Assembly (NCBI GenBank): GCA_025359425.1
Contig: JANYGC010000120.1
Coordinates: 7,931 to 71,930, forward strand
DNA length: 64,000 bases
Source of the DNA: Sphingomonadaceae bacterium
Lineage (GTDB): Bacteria; Pseudomonadota; Alphaproteobacteria; Sphingomonadales; Sphingomonadaceae
Direction of reading: 5' to 3'
Both the position numbers and the translations under genes were made by a program. This document shows positions 52,951-62,456 of the stretch, one piece after another. The notes beneath the pieces were generated by a model. The model saw only the letters and a list, made by a program, of their open reading frames with translations, did no database searches and was not told the origin of the DNA. How positions within the stretch are numbered: the first letter of the stretch is position 1; every line of letters begins with the position of its first letter.

Positions 52951-53272
52951 TCAGACGCATCACTCCATTACAGTCCCACCGAGCCGAAACCCGGACCCGG
53001 CGCCAACCCTCCCAAAGGATTGTCGACGCCTGAATACTTATTTTTTTCACCCTGCGGGTCAATCCGGAAAACTTGCGCACACCCTCTGTCCGTAAGTGCC
53101 GGATCGCGAGCCTTTTCTTTTGTTAGGCCCGGTTTTGCGTCAGCCTTAACCGCGAGTAAGCCAACGCGCAACGCTTTATCGGTTAACTCGCGATTCACCT
53201 GTGCTAGGCTCAACCCGCTGGGAAACCCGCCGATTCCTGCGCCTGTCCGCGCGCCATTTTGAGCATTGCCCT

Positions 53273-54136
53273 ATGTCCGGTGAAAAATTGAATCCGTTCT
53301 CACGCAGTTTGCGCTGCATTTTGGCAATGTTCGCCGCAGCGCTTGTGGCGAGCACCGCGCTGGCTGATTCGCGCGCCCCGGTGGCGCTTCCGCCGCCCCC
53401 GACATACGCCGATCTGGCCGACCTTGCCGATGGTACGCCGCTGGTCATCCGGGCCCAGCCGCGCAAGATCGCTGCGGTCGAGCCGGCGCGCGCGCGCGGC
53501 CTGCGTCCCGGCTGGGGCCGGTTCTATGTCGAGGCCAGGACCGAAGCGCTGATCGCCGGCTCGGCACCGCTGGGCGAGGCGCTGCGTTATCTGGTCGACC
53601 TGCCGCTCGACCCCAAGGGCAAGCCGCCGGCATTCAAGAAAAAAAGCGTCGTGCTGTTCGCGCGCACGGTCGCGGGTCGCCCGGGCGAGCTGCAACTGGT
53701 CGCGCCCGATGCACAGCTGCTGTGGGACGCGGGTCTCGACGCCCGGATCAAGACCGTGCTGCGCGAGCTTTATGCCCCCGCCGCCCCGCCGCGAATCAGC
53801 GGCGTGCGCGAAGCGGTCCACACCGGCGGCGAGCTGGCCGGAGCGGGCGAGAGCCAGATCTTCCTTGTCTCGGCGAGCGGTGAGCCGGCCGCAATCACCG
53901 TCAGCCGCGCCCCTGGCCGCGCGCCGCAATGGGGCGTATCGTTCTCCGAGCTGGTCGCCAGTGACACGGCCCCGGCGAGGGACACGCTGGCCTGGTACCG
54001 GCTCGCCTGCTTCCTGCCGCCCGCGCTGCCCGGAAACGCCAATACTTCGCCCGGCGATGATGACCGCAATGCCGCCGTGCAGGACTATGCCTATGTCCGC
54101 GCGCAACTGGGGCCCTGCGCCCGAACGCGGCGTTAA
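53273..54136 (+). CDS. Hypothetical secreted protein
   Basis: ATG at 53273. Signal-peptide-like LRCILAMFAAALVASTALA. No motif recognised. The opposite-strand ORF of similar length is judged spurious. Confidence 0.55.
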   Translation: MSGEKLNPFSRSLRCILAMFAAALVASTALADSRAPVALPPPPTYADLADLADGTPLVIRAQPRKIAAVEPARARGLRPGWGRFYVEARTEALIAGSAPLGEALRYLVDLPLDPKGKPPAFKKKSVVLFARTVAGRPGELQLVAPDAQLLWDAGLDARIKTVLRELYAPAAPPRISGVREAVHTGGELAGAGESQIFLVSASGEPAAITVSRAPGRAPQWGVSFSELVASDTAPARDTLAWYRLACFLPPALPGNANTSPGDDDRNAAVQDYAYVRAQLGPCARTRR

Positions 54137-54159
54137 TGTAAACAGCCGCATTCTTGATC

Positions 54160-54260
54160 GTCATTCCGGTGAAGGCCGGGACCCAGTCAAAGCAAAGGAA
54201 TAGCGGCGCTTCGCGGTTTTCTATTCAGAAGCGCTGGGTCCAGGCCTTCGCCGGGATGAC
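54160..54260. repeat. REP/MITE-like nested palindromic element
   Basis: Left arm GTCATTCCGGTGAAGGCCGGGACCCAG (54160-54186). Right arm CTGGGTCCAGGCCTTCGCCGGGATGAC (54234-54260), the reverse complement with 3 mismatches. Each arm holds its own CCGG..CCGG hairpin. An inner GAATAG...CTATTC inverted repeat is present. Confidence 0.7.
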
Positions 54261-54352
54261 CGGTGGCAAGCGCATCGCGCAATGCACTCATGGCTTCCCC
54301 TTGCCCGCGCGGCGCGCTCTGCCTAAGGCGCGCGGGCACATTGAGGGACACC

Positions 54353-55648
54353 ATGGCTGAACCGCTGAAGATTGCACTTGCCGGGCTGGGTACGGTCGGG
54401 GTCGGCGTGATCCGCCTGATCGAGGCCAACGCCGCCCTGATCGCGCGCCGCGCCGGGCGGCCTTTGCAAGTCACCGTGGTCAGCGCGCGCGACCGGAGCA
54501 AGCCGCGCGGGGTCGACTTGTCGCAATATGCCTGGGAAGACGACATGGTGATCCTGGGCGAGCGCGCCGATGTCGACGTGGTGGTCGAGATGGTCGGCGG
54601 TTCGGACGGACCGGCGCTGGCCTTGGCCCGCACCACGATCGAGGCGGGCAAAGGCCTCGTCACCGCCAACAAGGCGATGATCGCGCATCACGGACTGGAG
54701 CTTGCGGCCAAGGCCGAGGACAAGCATGTCGCGCTGAAGTTCGAAGCGGCGGTGGCGGGCGGCATCCCGGTGATCAAGGCGCTGCGCGAAGGTACCGCGG
54801 CCAACCAGATCGAACGGGTGTACGGGATCCTCAACGGCACCTGCAATTACATCCTGACCGTGATGGAAGACACCGGCCGCGATTTTGCCGACGTGCTGAC
54901 CGAAGCGCAGGCCAAGGGCTATGCCGAGGCCGATCCGGCGTTCGACGTGGAAGGCACCGATGCAGCGCACAAGCTGTCGATCCTCGCCGCGATCGCGTTC
55001 GGCGCGAAGGTCGATTTCGCGCACGTCGAGACCTCCGGCATCACCCGGCTACGCGCCGCCGATATCGCGCAGGCCGAGGCGCTGGGCTATGTCATCCGGC
55101 TGATCGGGATGGCGGATACGGCCGCAGGCGGTCTGTTCCAGCGGGTTCAGCCGCATCTGGTGCACTGCGATCACCCGCTCGCGCATGTCGACGGCGCGAC
55201 CAATGCGGTGGTCGCCGAGGGCAATTTTTCGGGGCGGCTGCTGTTCCAGGGCGCGGGCGCGGGCGATGGCCCGACCGCCAGCGCGGTGGTGGCCGACCTG
55301 ATCGACATCGCGCGCGGCGAAGTCGGAGCGGCTTTCTCAGTCCCGGTCAGCGAGCTCGAGGAGCTGGCCCCGGCCGCGACTGGGCACCGACTGGGCCGCG
55401 CTTACCTGCGCTTCATGGTCGCCGACCGGCCCGGCGTGCTGGCTGAGATTACGGCCGCGCTGCGCGATGCCGGGGTCTCGATCGAAAGCCTGATCCAGAA
55501 GGGCCGCGCGGGCGATAGCGGCAAAGTGATGGTGGCGATGGTCACGCACGAAGGCCCCGAAAGCGCGGTCAGCGAAGCGGTCCGCCTGCTCGACGGCTCG
55601 GCCAGCCTGAGCGAGCCGCCGCTGGTGCTGCACATCCTGGATAATTAG
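54353..55648 (+). CDS. hom: Homoserine dehydrogenase
   Basis: ATG at 54353. Motifs KIALAGLGTVGVGVIRL and GILNGTCNYIL, plus a C-terminal ACT-like domain (YLRFMVADRPGVLAEITAALRDAGVSI). 431 aa. Confidence 0.9.
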   Translation: MAEPLKIALAGLGTVGVGVIRLIEANAALIARRAGRPLQVTVVSARDRSKPRGVDLSQYAWEDDMVILGERADVDVVVEMVGGSDGPALALARTTIEAGKGLVTANKAMIAHHGLELAAKAEDKHVALKFEAAVAGGIPVIKALREGTAANQIERVYGILNGTCNYILTVMEDTGRDFADVLTEAQAKGYAEADPAFDVEGTDAAHKLSILAAIAFGAKVDFAHVETSGITRLRAADIAQAEALGYVIRLIGMADTAAGGLFQRVQPHLVHCDHPLAHVDGATNAVVAEGNFSGRLLFQGAGAGDGPTASAVVADLIDIARGEVGAAFSVPVSELEELAPAATGHRLGRAYLRFMVADRPGVLAEITAALRDAGVSIESLIQKGRAGDSGKVMVAMVTHEGPESAVSEAVRLLDGSASLSEPPLVLHILDN

Positions 55649-56088
55649 GGCGCGGCTTTCTCGCCATTCGCGATCGCTTCTGCATCCGATCCGGCGGGCG
55701 CAGCGGGCAGCTTGGTCACATCGACATAATAGACAGGCGGCGGGACCGAGCCGAAATGCTGGCAGCTGGCGCAATAGCCGCGATCGAACTGTGGCGCGCG
55801 CGGGATGCCGCCATCGAGCGCGCGGCGCGCCGCGCGCGAATTGGGGTCCGTCTCGGCGGTTGAGGGCACCCGCTGGTCCTCGCCGTGATCGGCACAAACT
55901 ACGATCTCATCGCCGACTTTGGGCCGGCAGGCGGCGCGCGGATCCTTCACGCCATAGACTGCCTTGGCCTGTTCGAGCCGTTCGGCAACGGCGCGGTCGG
56001 TCGCAGCCGGATCGGGCGGGGCCTGCGCCTGGACATCTGTCGGCGCGATCAGCACCAGTGCCGTCAAGGCCAAGCCCAAGCGCCGCAT
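55645..56088 (-). CDS. Small hypothetical secreted protein
   Basis: ATG at 56088. Signal peptide MRRLGLALTALVLIAPTDVQA. 147 aa. No recognised domain. Confidence 0.5.
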   Translation of the reverse strand: MRRLGLALTALVLIAPTDVQAQAPPDPAATDRAVAERLEQAKAVYGVKDPRAACRPKVGDEIVVCADHGEDQRVPSTAETDPNSRAARRALDGGIPRAPQFDRGYCASCQHFGSVPPPVYYVDVTKLPAAPAGSDAEAIANGEKAAP

Positions 56089-56233
56089 CACAACTCCCGT
56101 CCCCCTCCGCGGCGGGGACAGAGCGTGATCCGGGCTTAATCTTGAGTGAACGCCGGGCAGCCAACCCGGACCAGTTCGGCGGGACCTACTCGACACGCCG
56201 CCCGCCCGCGTCTAAGCGCGCGCTCACATACCT

Positions 56234-57256
56234 ATGCAGGACAATCAGCCCACCATGACCACGACCGCAACCCCCGCCAGTTCCGTCACTCCCAGTCACG
56301 TGCTTGACCGCGTACTTGTGCTCGAAATGGTCCGGGTCACCGAAGCGGCGGCGATCGGCGCGGCCAGGCTGATCGGCCGGGGCGATGAGAAGGCCGCCGA
56401 TGCCGCTGCGGTCGAGGCGATGCGCGCCGCGCTCAACGAGCTGGCGATGGATGGGACCGTCGTGATTGGCGAGGGCGAACGCGACGAAGCGCCGATGCTG
56501 TTCATCGGCGAAAAGGTCGGCTCGGCGCAAGGCACCGGCCCCAAGATCGACATCGCGCTCGATCCGCTCGAGGGCACCACGCTGACTGCCAATGCCGGGG
56601 CCAATGCGCTGGCCGTGCTGGCCTGCGCCGAGGAAGGCAATCTGCTTAACGCGCCCGACGTCTACATGGACAAACTCGCGGTCGGGCCGGGTTATCCCGA
56701 AGGGATCATCGATCTCGCCAAGAGCCCGAGCGACAATGTCCGCGCAGTGGCCGCGGCCAAGGGCGTGGCTCCGTCCGAGATCATCGTCTGCGTGCTCGAC
56801 CGCGCGCGCCATGCCGACCTGATCGCCGAATTGCGCGGCCTGGGCTGCGGGGTGGCGCTGATCACCGATGGCGACGTGGCGGGCGTGATCGCGGTGACCA
56901 ATGAAGAAACCAACATCGACATGTACATGGGCCAGGGTGGCGCCCCCGAAGGCGTGCTCGCGGCGGCCGCACTTCGCTGCGTCGGCGGGCAGTTCAACGG
57001 CCGGCTGGTGTTCCGCAACGATGACGAGCGCAAGCGTGCGGCCAAGTGGGGGATCACCGATCTCAACAAGATCTACAAGCTTGAGGAACTGGCCAAGGGC
57101 GACTGCATTTTCGCTGCGACCGGAGTGACCGATGGCTCGCTGCTCAAGGGGGTCAAACGCCACAAGAACGGCGTGATGACCACCCACAGCGTGGTGATGC
57201 GCGCCAGTTCGGGCACCGTCCGCTGGGTCAGCGGAGAACACCGCACCAAGAGCTGA
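56234..57256 (+). CDS. glpX: Class II fructose-1,6-bisphosphatase (GlpX)
   Basis: 340 aa. Motifs VTEAAAIGAARLIGRGDEKAADAAAVEAMR, VVIGEGERDEAPML and DPLEGTT. Confidence 0.9.
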   Translation: MQDNQPTMTTTATPASSVTPSHVLDRVLVLEMVRVTEAAAIGAARLIGRGDEKAADAAAVEAMRAALNELAMDGTVVIGEGERDEAPMLFIGEKVGSAQGTGPKIDIALDPLEGTTLTANAGANALAVLACAEEGNLLNAPDVYMDKLAVGPGYPEGIIDLAKSPSDNVRAVAAAKGVAPSEIIVCVLDRARHADLIAELRGLGCGVALITDGDVAGVIAVTNEETNIDMYMGQGGAPEGVLAAAALRCVGGQFNGRLVFRNDDERKRAAKWGITDLNKIYKLEELAKGDCIFAATGVTDGSLLKGVKRHKNGVMTTHSVVMRASSGTVRWVSGEHRTKS

Positions 57257-57360
57257 ACTGCGGATTAGCGCCGCTTGCCGGTTGCAATCGTTAGCCTCGC
57301 CGTTAAGGCCTCCCGCAGACTCAAGTCCCGACAATCGGGGCGCGCGGAAGGGCGAACGCG

Positions 57361-58296
57361 ATGAAGCTTCTGACCGGCAATTCCAATCCTGCCCTGGCCC
57401 GCGCCATCGCCGATTACCTCGAACTGCCCTTGACCGAGGCTTCGGTGCGGCGCTTTGCCGATGAGGAAGTGTTCGTCGAAATCCACGAGAACGTCCGCGG
57501 CGAGGACATGTTCGTGATCCAGTCGACCAGCTTTCCGGCCAACGACAACCTGATGGAACTGCTGATCTGCATCGATGCGCTGCGCCGCGCTTCGGCCACC
57601 CGGATCACCGCAGTGCTGCCCTATTTCGGCTATGCCCGGCAGGACCGTAAACCCGGCCCGCGCACGCCGATCTCGGCCAAGCTGGTCGCCAACCTGATCA
57701 CCACCGCCGGGGCCGACCGGGTGCTCGCGGTCGATCTTCACGCCGGGCAGATCCAGGGCTTTTTCGATATCCCGACAGATAATCTGTACGCCGCGCCAGT
57801 GATGGCGGCGGACATCCTCGAGCGCAGCGGCAGCGATAACCTGATGGTGGTCTCGCCCGATGTCGGCGGCGTGGTCCGTGCCCGCGCCTTGGCCCGACGG
57901 CTCGACAATGCGCCGCTCGCGATCGTCGACAAGCGCCGCGACAAGCCCGGCCAGTCCGAAGTCCAGAACATCATCGGCGAAGTGCGTGGGCGCAACTGCA
58001 TCCTGATCGACGATATTATCGATTCGGGCGGCACCCTGTGCAACGCGGCCGATGCACTGATGGAAGCCGGCGCGGCGAGCGTCACGGCGTACCTCACCCA
58101 CGGGGTGCTGTCGGGCAGCGCGGTCGAGCGGGTCAACGGCTCGGCGCTCAAGGAACTGGTGATCACCGATACCATCCAGCCGACCGAGGCGGCGCGGGCC
58201 TCGAGCAAAATCCGCATCCTGCCGATTGCCCCGCTGATCGGCGAAGCAATCCGCCGGATCGCGGATGAAAGCTCGGTCTCCAGTTTGTTCGATTGA
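57361..58296 (+). CDS. prs: Ribose-phosphate pyrophosphokinase
   Basis: 311 aa. Motifs [30 protein letters not shown], and PRPP loop [13 protein letters not shown]. Confidence 0.95.
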   Translation: MKLLTGNSNPALARAIADYLELPLTEASVRRFADEEVFVEIHENVRGEDMFVIQSTSFPANDNLMELLICIDALRRASATRITAVLPYFGYARQDRKPGPRTPISAKLVANLITTAGADRVLAVDLHAGQIQGFFDIPTDNLYAAPVMAADILERSGSDNLMVVSPDVGGVVRARALARRLDNAPLAIVDKRRDKPGQSEVQNIIGEVRGRNCILIDDIIDSGGTLCNAADALMEAGAASVTAYLTHGVLSGSAVERVNGSALKELVITDTIQPTEAARASSKIRILPIAPLIGEAIRRIADESSVSSLFD

Positions 58297-59078
58297 TGAA
58301 GCTCGACGCTGAAATCGCCTTGGCGCACCGCCTCGCCGACGCCGCACGCGCAGCGATTTTGCCGCATTTCCGCTCGGGGCTGGCGAGCGAGCGCAAGGCC
58401 GATGCATCGCCGGTGACCCTGGCCGACCGCGCTGCCGAGGAGGCGATGCGGCGGATCCTGACTGCTGAATGCGGCCGCGACGGGGTGCAGGGTGAGGAGT
58501 TCGGGATCAGCGCGGGCAGCACTGGGCGGACCTGGGTGCTCGATCCGATCGACGGGACCACGGCGTTCCTCGCGGGCCGGCCGATCTTCGGTACGCTGAT
58601 CGCGCTGGTGGTCGATGGCTGGCCGGTGCTCGGGGTGATCGATCAGGCGGTGCTGGGTGAGCGCTGGCTGGGGGTGACCGGGCAGGCCACCACGCTCAAC
58701 GGCCAGCCGGTCCGCACCCGCCCATGCCCGGCGCTGGCCGAGGCCGCACTGGCCACCACCGGACCGCACTATTTCGACAGCCATGACGGCGAGCACTTCA
58801 TGGCGCTCGCCGCGCAGACCGATCACAAGCGGATGGTGATGGGCGGTGATTGCTACAATTACGCGATGCTCGCCTCGGGCCATCTTGACGTGGTCTGCGA
58901 GGCCAATCTCAAGCTCCACGACTTCGCCGCGCTGGTCCCGGTGGTCGAAGGCGCGGGCGGGGTGATGTGCGACTGGAACGGTGATCCGCTCCACGCCGGG
59001 AGCGATGGCCACGTGCTGGCGCTGGGCGATCCGGCTCGGGTTGAAGATGTGGTCGAGGGACTAGCCTGCAATCACTGA
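58296..59078 (+). CDS. Inositol monophosphatase-family protein (histidinol-phosphatase HisN-like)
   Basis: ATG at 58296 shares 1 nt with the prs stop; a TTG lies at 58293. Motifs PVTLADRAAEEAMR, WVLDPIDGTTAF and a C-terminal WD-containing block. Confidence 0.8.
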   Translation: MKLDAEIALAHRLADAARAAILPHFRSGLASERKADASPVTLADRAAEEAMRRILTAECGRDGVQGEEFGISAGSTGRTWVLDPIDGTTAFLAGRPIFGTLIALVVDGWPVLGVIDQAVLGERWLGVTGQATTLNGQPVRTRPCPALAEAALATTGPHYFDSHDGEHFMALAAQTDHKRMVMGGDCYNYAMLASGHLDVVCEANLKLHDFAALVPVVEGAGGVMCDWNGDPLHAGSDGHVLALGDPARVEDVVEGLACNH

Positions 59079-60658
59079 AGCGCGGCTTTGATGAAGTCGC
59101 CTGCGCGTTCACCGATCATGATCGAAGGCGCGTTGGTGTTGCCCGAGACCAGCCGCGGCATGATCGATGCGTCGGCGACCCACAGCCCTTCGATGCCGCG
59201 GGCCTTGAGGGTCGGATCGACCACCGCAGCCTCGTCCGCGCCCATCCGGCAGGTTCCAACCGGATGGTAGATCGTGTCCGAAACTTCGCGGATGCGCGCT
59301 TCGAGCGCGCTATCGTCGTCATAATCGACCGGATTGCGTTCACGCGCGCCAAGCTCTGACATCGGCGCGGTCGCAGCGATGCGGTGCATCAGTCGCGCCC
59401 CGTCGCGCAGCAGGTGCAGGTCGCGCTCGTCGGACAGGAAGTTAGGATTGATCGCTGGGGCAACCGCCGGATCTGGGCTGGTCAACCGAACCCAGCCGCG
59501 GCTCTCAGGCCGCAGGACGCAAGCGTGGAGCGAAAAGCCATGCGCCTTCAATTTGTCGCGGCCGTGGTTCTGGATGATCGCGCGGATGAAGTGGTACTGC
59601 AAATCGGGGGCGGGGGCATCGGGGCGGATGGTGGCGAAGCCGCCGCTCTCGGCGAAGTTGGTGGTGAGCATACCGGTGCGAAACCGGCGGTGTTCGACGA
59701 AGGCTTTGGCCAGCTGCCACATGCCGCGCAGCGAGCCGCCGAACAGCGACAGATCGTCAAGCTCATAGCCGACCAAATAGTCGCAGTGATCTTGCAAGTC
59801 GGCGCCAACAGCAGGCTTGTCCAACACCGTTTCGATGCCGTGCTGCTGGAGCTGCGCACCGGGGCCGATCCCCGACAGCATCAGGATCTGCGGGCTGCCA
59901 AACGCGCCAGCGCTAAGCACCACGCCGCCGCGCGCTTTGAGCGTTTCACTTTTTCCACCGACCTTGATGGTAACCCCGGTCACGCGGCCATTTTCAGTCA
60001 CGATCTTCTCGACCAGCGCGCCGGTGCGCAGGCTGAGGTTCTTGTGGCCCGCTAGCGGATCGATAAAGGCGCGCGCCGCGCTCCACCGTTCGCCTTTGTG
60101 CTGGGTCACCTGATACAACCCGAAGCCCTCTTGCTTGGCTCCGTTGAAGTCATCGTTGCGCGGCAGTTGCAGCCGGGTCGCCGCTTCGACGAACGCCTGG
60201 CCGACCGGGCTGGGCGCAATCTGGTCGGTGACGTGGAGCGGGCCCCCCTTGCCGTGCCAGGCATCGGCGCCATGCGCGTTGTCTTCCTGCCGTTTGAACA
60301 CGGGCAAGACATCGTCCCAAGCCCAGCCGGTGCAGCCCAGCGCCGCCCAGTTGTCGTAATCCCACGCGTTACCGCGGATATAGACCATCCCGTTGATCGC
60401 GCTCGAGCCGCCCATGCCCTTGCCGCGCGGCTGGTAGCCGACCCGGCCGTTCAGCCCTGCCATCGGCTCGGTATCGTATTTGAACATGCTTTTCTCGGGC
60501 ATCAGCGCGAGCAGACCGGGGGTGCGGGTAAATGTGTGGGTGTTGCTGCCGCCCGCCTCGATCAGGCAGACGCTGCGCTTGCCGTCTTCGGCCAGCCGCC
60601 CCGCCGCTGCGCTGCCCGCGCTGCCGCCGCCGATCACGATGATGTCGAACTCGTCCAC
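59072..60658 (-). CDS. GMC-family oxidoreductase (choline/alcohol dehydrogenase-like), second copy in the window
   Basis: 528 aa with GTG start. Motifs FDIIVIGGGSAGSAAAGRLAEDG and YHPVGTCRMG. 7-nt 3-prime overlap with the convergent IMPase-family gene. Confidence 0.85.
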   Translation of the reverse strand: MDEFDIIVIGGGSAGSAAAGRLAEDGKRSVCLIEAGGSNTHTFTRTPGLLALMPEKSMFKYDTEPMAGLNGRVGYQPRGKGMGGSSAINGMVYIRGNAWDYDNWAALGCTGWAWDDVLPVFKRQEDNAHGADAWHGKGGPLHVTDQIAPSPVGQAFVEAATRLQLPRNDDFNGAKQEGFGLYQVTQHKGERWSAARAFIDPLAGHKNLSLRTGALVEKIVTENGRVTGVTIKVGGKSETLKARGGVVLSAGAFGSPQILMLSGIGPGAQLQQHGIETVLDKPAVGADLQDHCDYLVGYELDDLSLFGGSLRGMWQLAKAFVEHRRFRTGMLTTNFAESGGFATIRPDAPAPDLQYHFIRAIIQNHGRDKLKAHGFSLHACVLRPESRGWVRLTSPDPAVAPAINPNFLSDERDLHLLRDGARLMHRIAATAPMSELGARERNPVDYDDDSALEARIREVSDTIYHPVGTCRMGADEAAVVDPTLKARGIEGLWVADASIMPRLVSGNTNAPSIMIGERAGDFIKAALQ

Positions 60659-60689
60659 CTGGCCTGCGCCTCCTCAATTCGAGAGGTGC

Positions 60690-60705
60690 TTAACCGCGCG
60701 GTTAA
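60690..60705. promoter_or_regulatory. Perfect 16-bp palindrome TTAACCGCGCGGTTAA between the desaturase-family gene stop and the GMC oxidoreductase start
   Basis: Read directly and self-complementary over all 16 nt. 32-47 nt upstream of the GTG at 60658 on the minus strand. Confidence 0.4.
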
Positions 60706-60716
60706 TTTGGCGCAAG

Positions 60717-61607
60717 CTAGTCGGCGCGGCCTTGCAGGGCTTCCCACCGCGCGCGGATCTGGTCCGAACCCTCGCGGCTGTCATCATGGCTCCAGCCCGG
60801 CTCGCGCAGCAGGTATGACAGCTTGTGCCGCCACGGCGCGCGCACCATATCGCGCGCGATGCCGATCCATTCATGGAATACCGACCAGACCAGGTTGAAG
60901 CTGCCGAGCTGCTTGACGATGCCGTAATGGATCCGGGTGTCGTCGCGCTCGCGCGCGAAGCTGCCAAACAGCCTGTCCCAGACGATGAACACCCCGGCAT
61001 AGTTGCGATCGAGGTATTGCGGGTTGGTGGCGTGATGGACGCGGTGATGGCTGGGCGTGTTCATCGCCGCTTCGAACCAGCGCGGCATGCGTTTGATCGC
61101 CTCGGTGTGAATCCAGAACTGATAGATGAGGTTGATCGCGCCGCAGGTCAGCAGCATCGCCGGGTTGAAGCCCACGAACGCGGGCCAGATCCGGAACACG
61201 AACGACAGCGCGAAGAACCCGGTCCAGGTCTGGCGCAGCGCGGTCGAGAGATTGTAATGCTGGCTCGAGTGATGGTTGACGTGGCTTGCCCAGAACCAGC
61301 GCACCCGGTGCCCGGTGCGGTGCGCCCAGTAATAGTTGAAATCGTCGAGCACAAAGCACGCGACCCAAGCCCACCACGCGAAGCCGATTGTCGCGATTCG
61401 GTGGTCGTAAAGCCAGACCATCGCGGCGACGACCAATGTGGCAGTCAGTCCGCCCGCCGCAGTGCTACCGGTGCCCAGCGCGAGCGAGGTCAGCGTATCG
61501 CGCGGCTCGTAGGCGTCAGGGCGGCGGCGCTTGGCCCAGAGCATCTCGGCAATGATCGCGAGGATGAAGAAGGGGATCGCATATTCGACCGGACCGAGTT
61601 TGGGCAT
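60717..61607 (-). CDS. Fatty acid hydroxylase / sterol desaturase-family membrane di-iron enzyme
   Basis: 296 aa. Histidine boxes HRTGH, HVNHHSS and HHRVHH. Confidence 0.85.
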   Translation of the reverse strand: MPKLGPVEYAIPFFILAIIAEMLWAKRRRPDAYEPRDTLTSLALGTGSTAAGGLTATLVVAAMVWLYDHRIATIGFAWWAWVACFVLDDFNYYWAHRTGHRVRWFWASHVNHHSSQHYNLSTALRQTWTGFFALSFVFRIWPAFVGFNPAMLLTCGAINLIYQFWIHTEAIKRMPRWFEAAMNTPSHHRVHHATNPQYLDRNYAGVFIVWDRLFGSFARERDDTRIHYGIVKQLGSFNLVWSVFHEWIGIARDMVRAPWRHKLSYLLREPGWSHDDSREGSDQIRARWEALQGRAD

Positions 61608-62008
61608 CAGCTGGCCAGTCTGCGCAGGCTGGCCGCCCAGACCTGCGCTTGATCGCCCAAGTCGAGCGTGACTGGGGCGTAGAAGCGTTCGCCGGTGCCG
61701 ATGGTCAGGAAATTGCGGTCGAGCCGCGCGTCAGCGTGGCTGTCGAGCAGCCGCGCGGTGAATTGCGCGCCGTGGCGGCGGAGCAGCATGACCCGGCCGG
61801 TGTCGTCGCGCGCCAGGGCGGCGATTCCGGCGCGGTCGAGCGCCAGTTCGCGTGCATGGAACCCGCAGACCGCCGCCTCGGCCAGTGCGCGCGCTTCGCT
61901 TTCATCGCGCAAACGCACATCGGAGCCGAGCGCGAGCTTACGCGCCAGCCAGGTCACCCCGAGAATCAGCACCACTGACGCGGCAAGCTGGATCGCGAGG
62001 AATGGCAC
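61607..62008 (-). CDS. Hypothetical membrane-anchored protein
   Basis: GTG at 62008 chosen, 7 nt after the upstream stop. N-terminal TM segment VPFLAIQLAASVVLILGVTWLA. Its stop shares 1 nt with the desaturase ATG. The longer ORF start would overlap the upstream gene. Confidence 0.5.
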   Translation of the reverse strand: MPFLAIQLAASVVLILGVTWLARKLALGSDVRLRDESEARALAEAAVCGFHARELALDRAGIAALARDDTGRVMLLRRHGAQFTARLLDSHADARLDRNFLTIGTGERFYAPVTLDLGDQAQVWAASLRRLAS

Positions 62009-62015
62009 CGCCAGA

Positions 62016-62456
62016 TCAGCGATCCTGCGCGGCCAGCATGTCGAGCATCGCCCGGACCGGGCCAAGATCGTATCCCGCCTGTGCGGCAGATGCGGCCAGG
62101 CGGTGCGGCGACTGCCCGCGGCTTGCTTCGGCCAAGGCCCACAGCAGGGTCGAGCGCGTGCCCGAGCGGCAATAGGCAAGGATTGGCGCATGGGTCGAGG
62201 CCAAGGCGTCGGCCATCGCTGCGATTTGGGGCTGCGAGAACCCCGCATGCGTCACCGGAATCGCGACATAGCCGAGACCGGCTGCCACAGCCGCTGCTTC
62301 GATCTCGGACCCGGGGGTCTGGTCGTCGCTCTCGTCCTCGGGGCGGTTGTTGATGATTAGCCCGAACCCGGCGCGCGCAGCTTCCGCCACCTCGGCCAGG
62401 CCGATCTGCGGCGCGGCATAGACCCGCTCGGTCAGTTGGCGGAAAGGCGCGCTCAT
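62016..62456 (-). CDS. DUF442/TIGR01244-type protein-tyrosine-phosphatase-fold protein (sulfur-transferase-like)
   Basis: 146 aa. C-x5-R loop in ILAYCRSGTRST. ATGA overlap with the TerC-family gene. Confidence 0.7.
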   Translation of the reverse strand: MSAPFRQLTERVYAAPQIGLAEVAEAARAGFGLIINNRPEDESDDQTPGSEIEAAAVAAGLGYVAIPVTHAGFSQPQIAAMADALASTHAPILAYCRSGTRSTLLWALAEASRGQSPHRLAASAAQAGYDLGPVRAMLDMLAAQDR

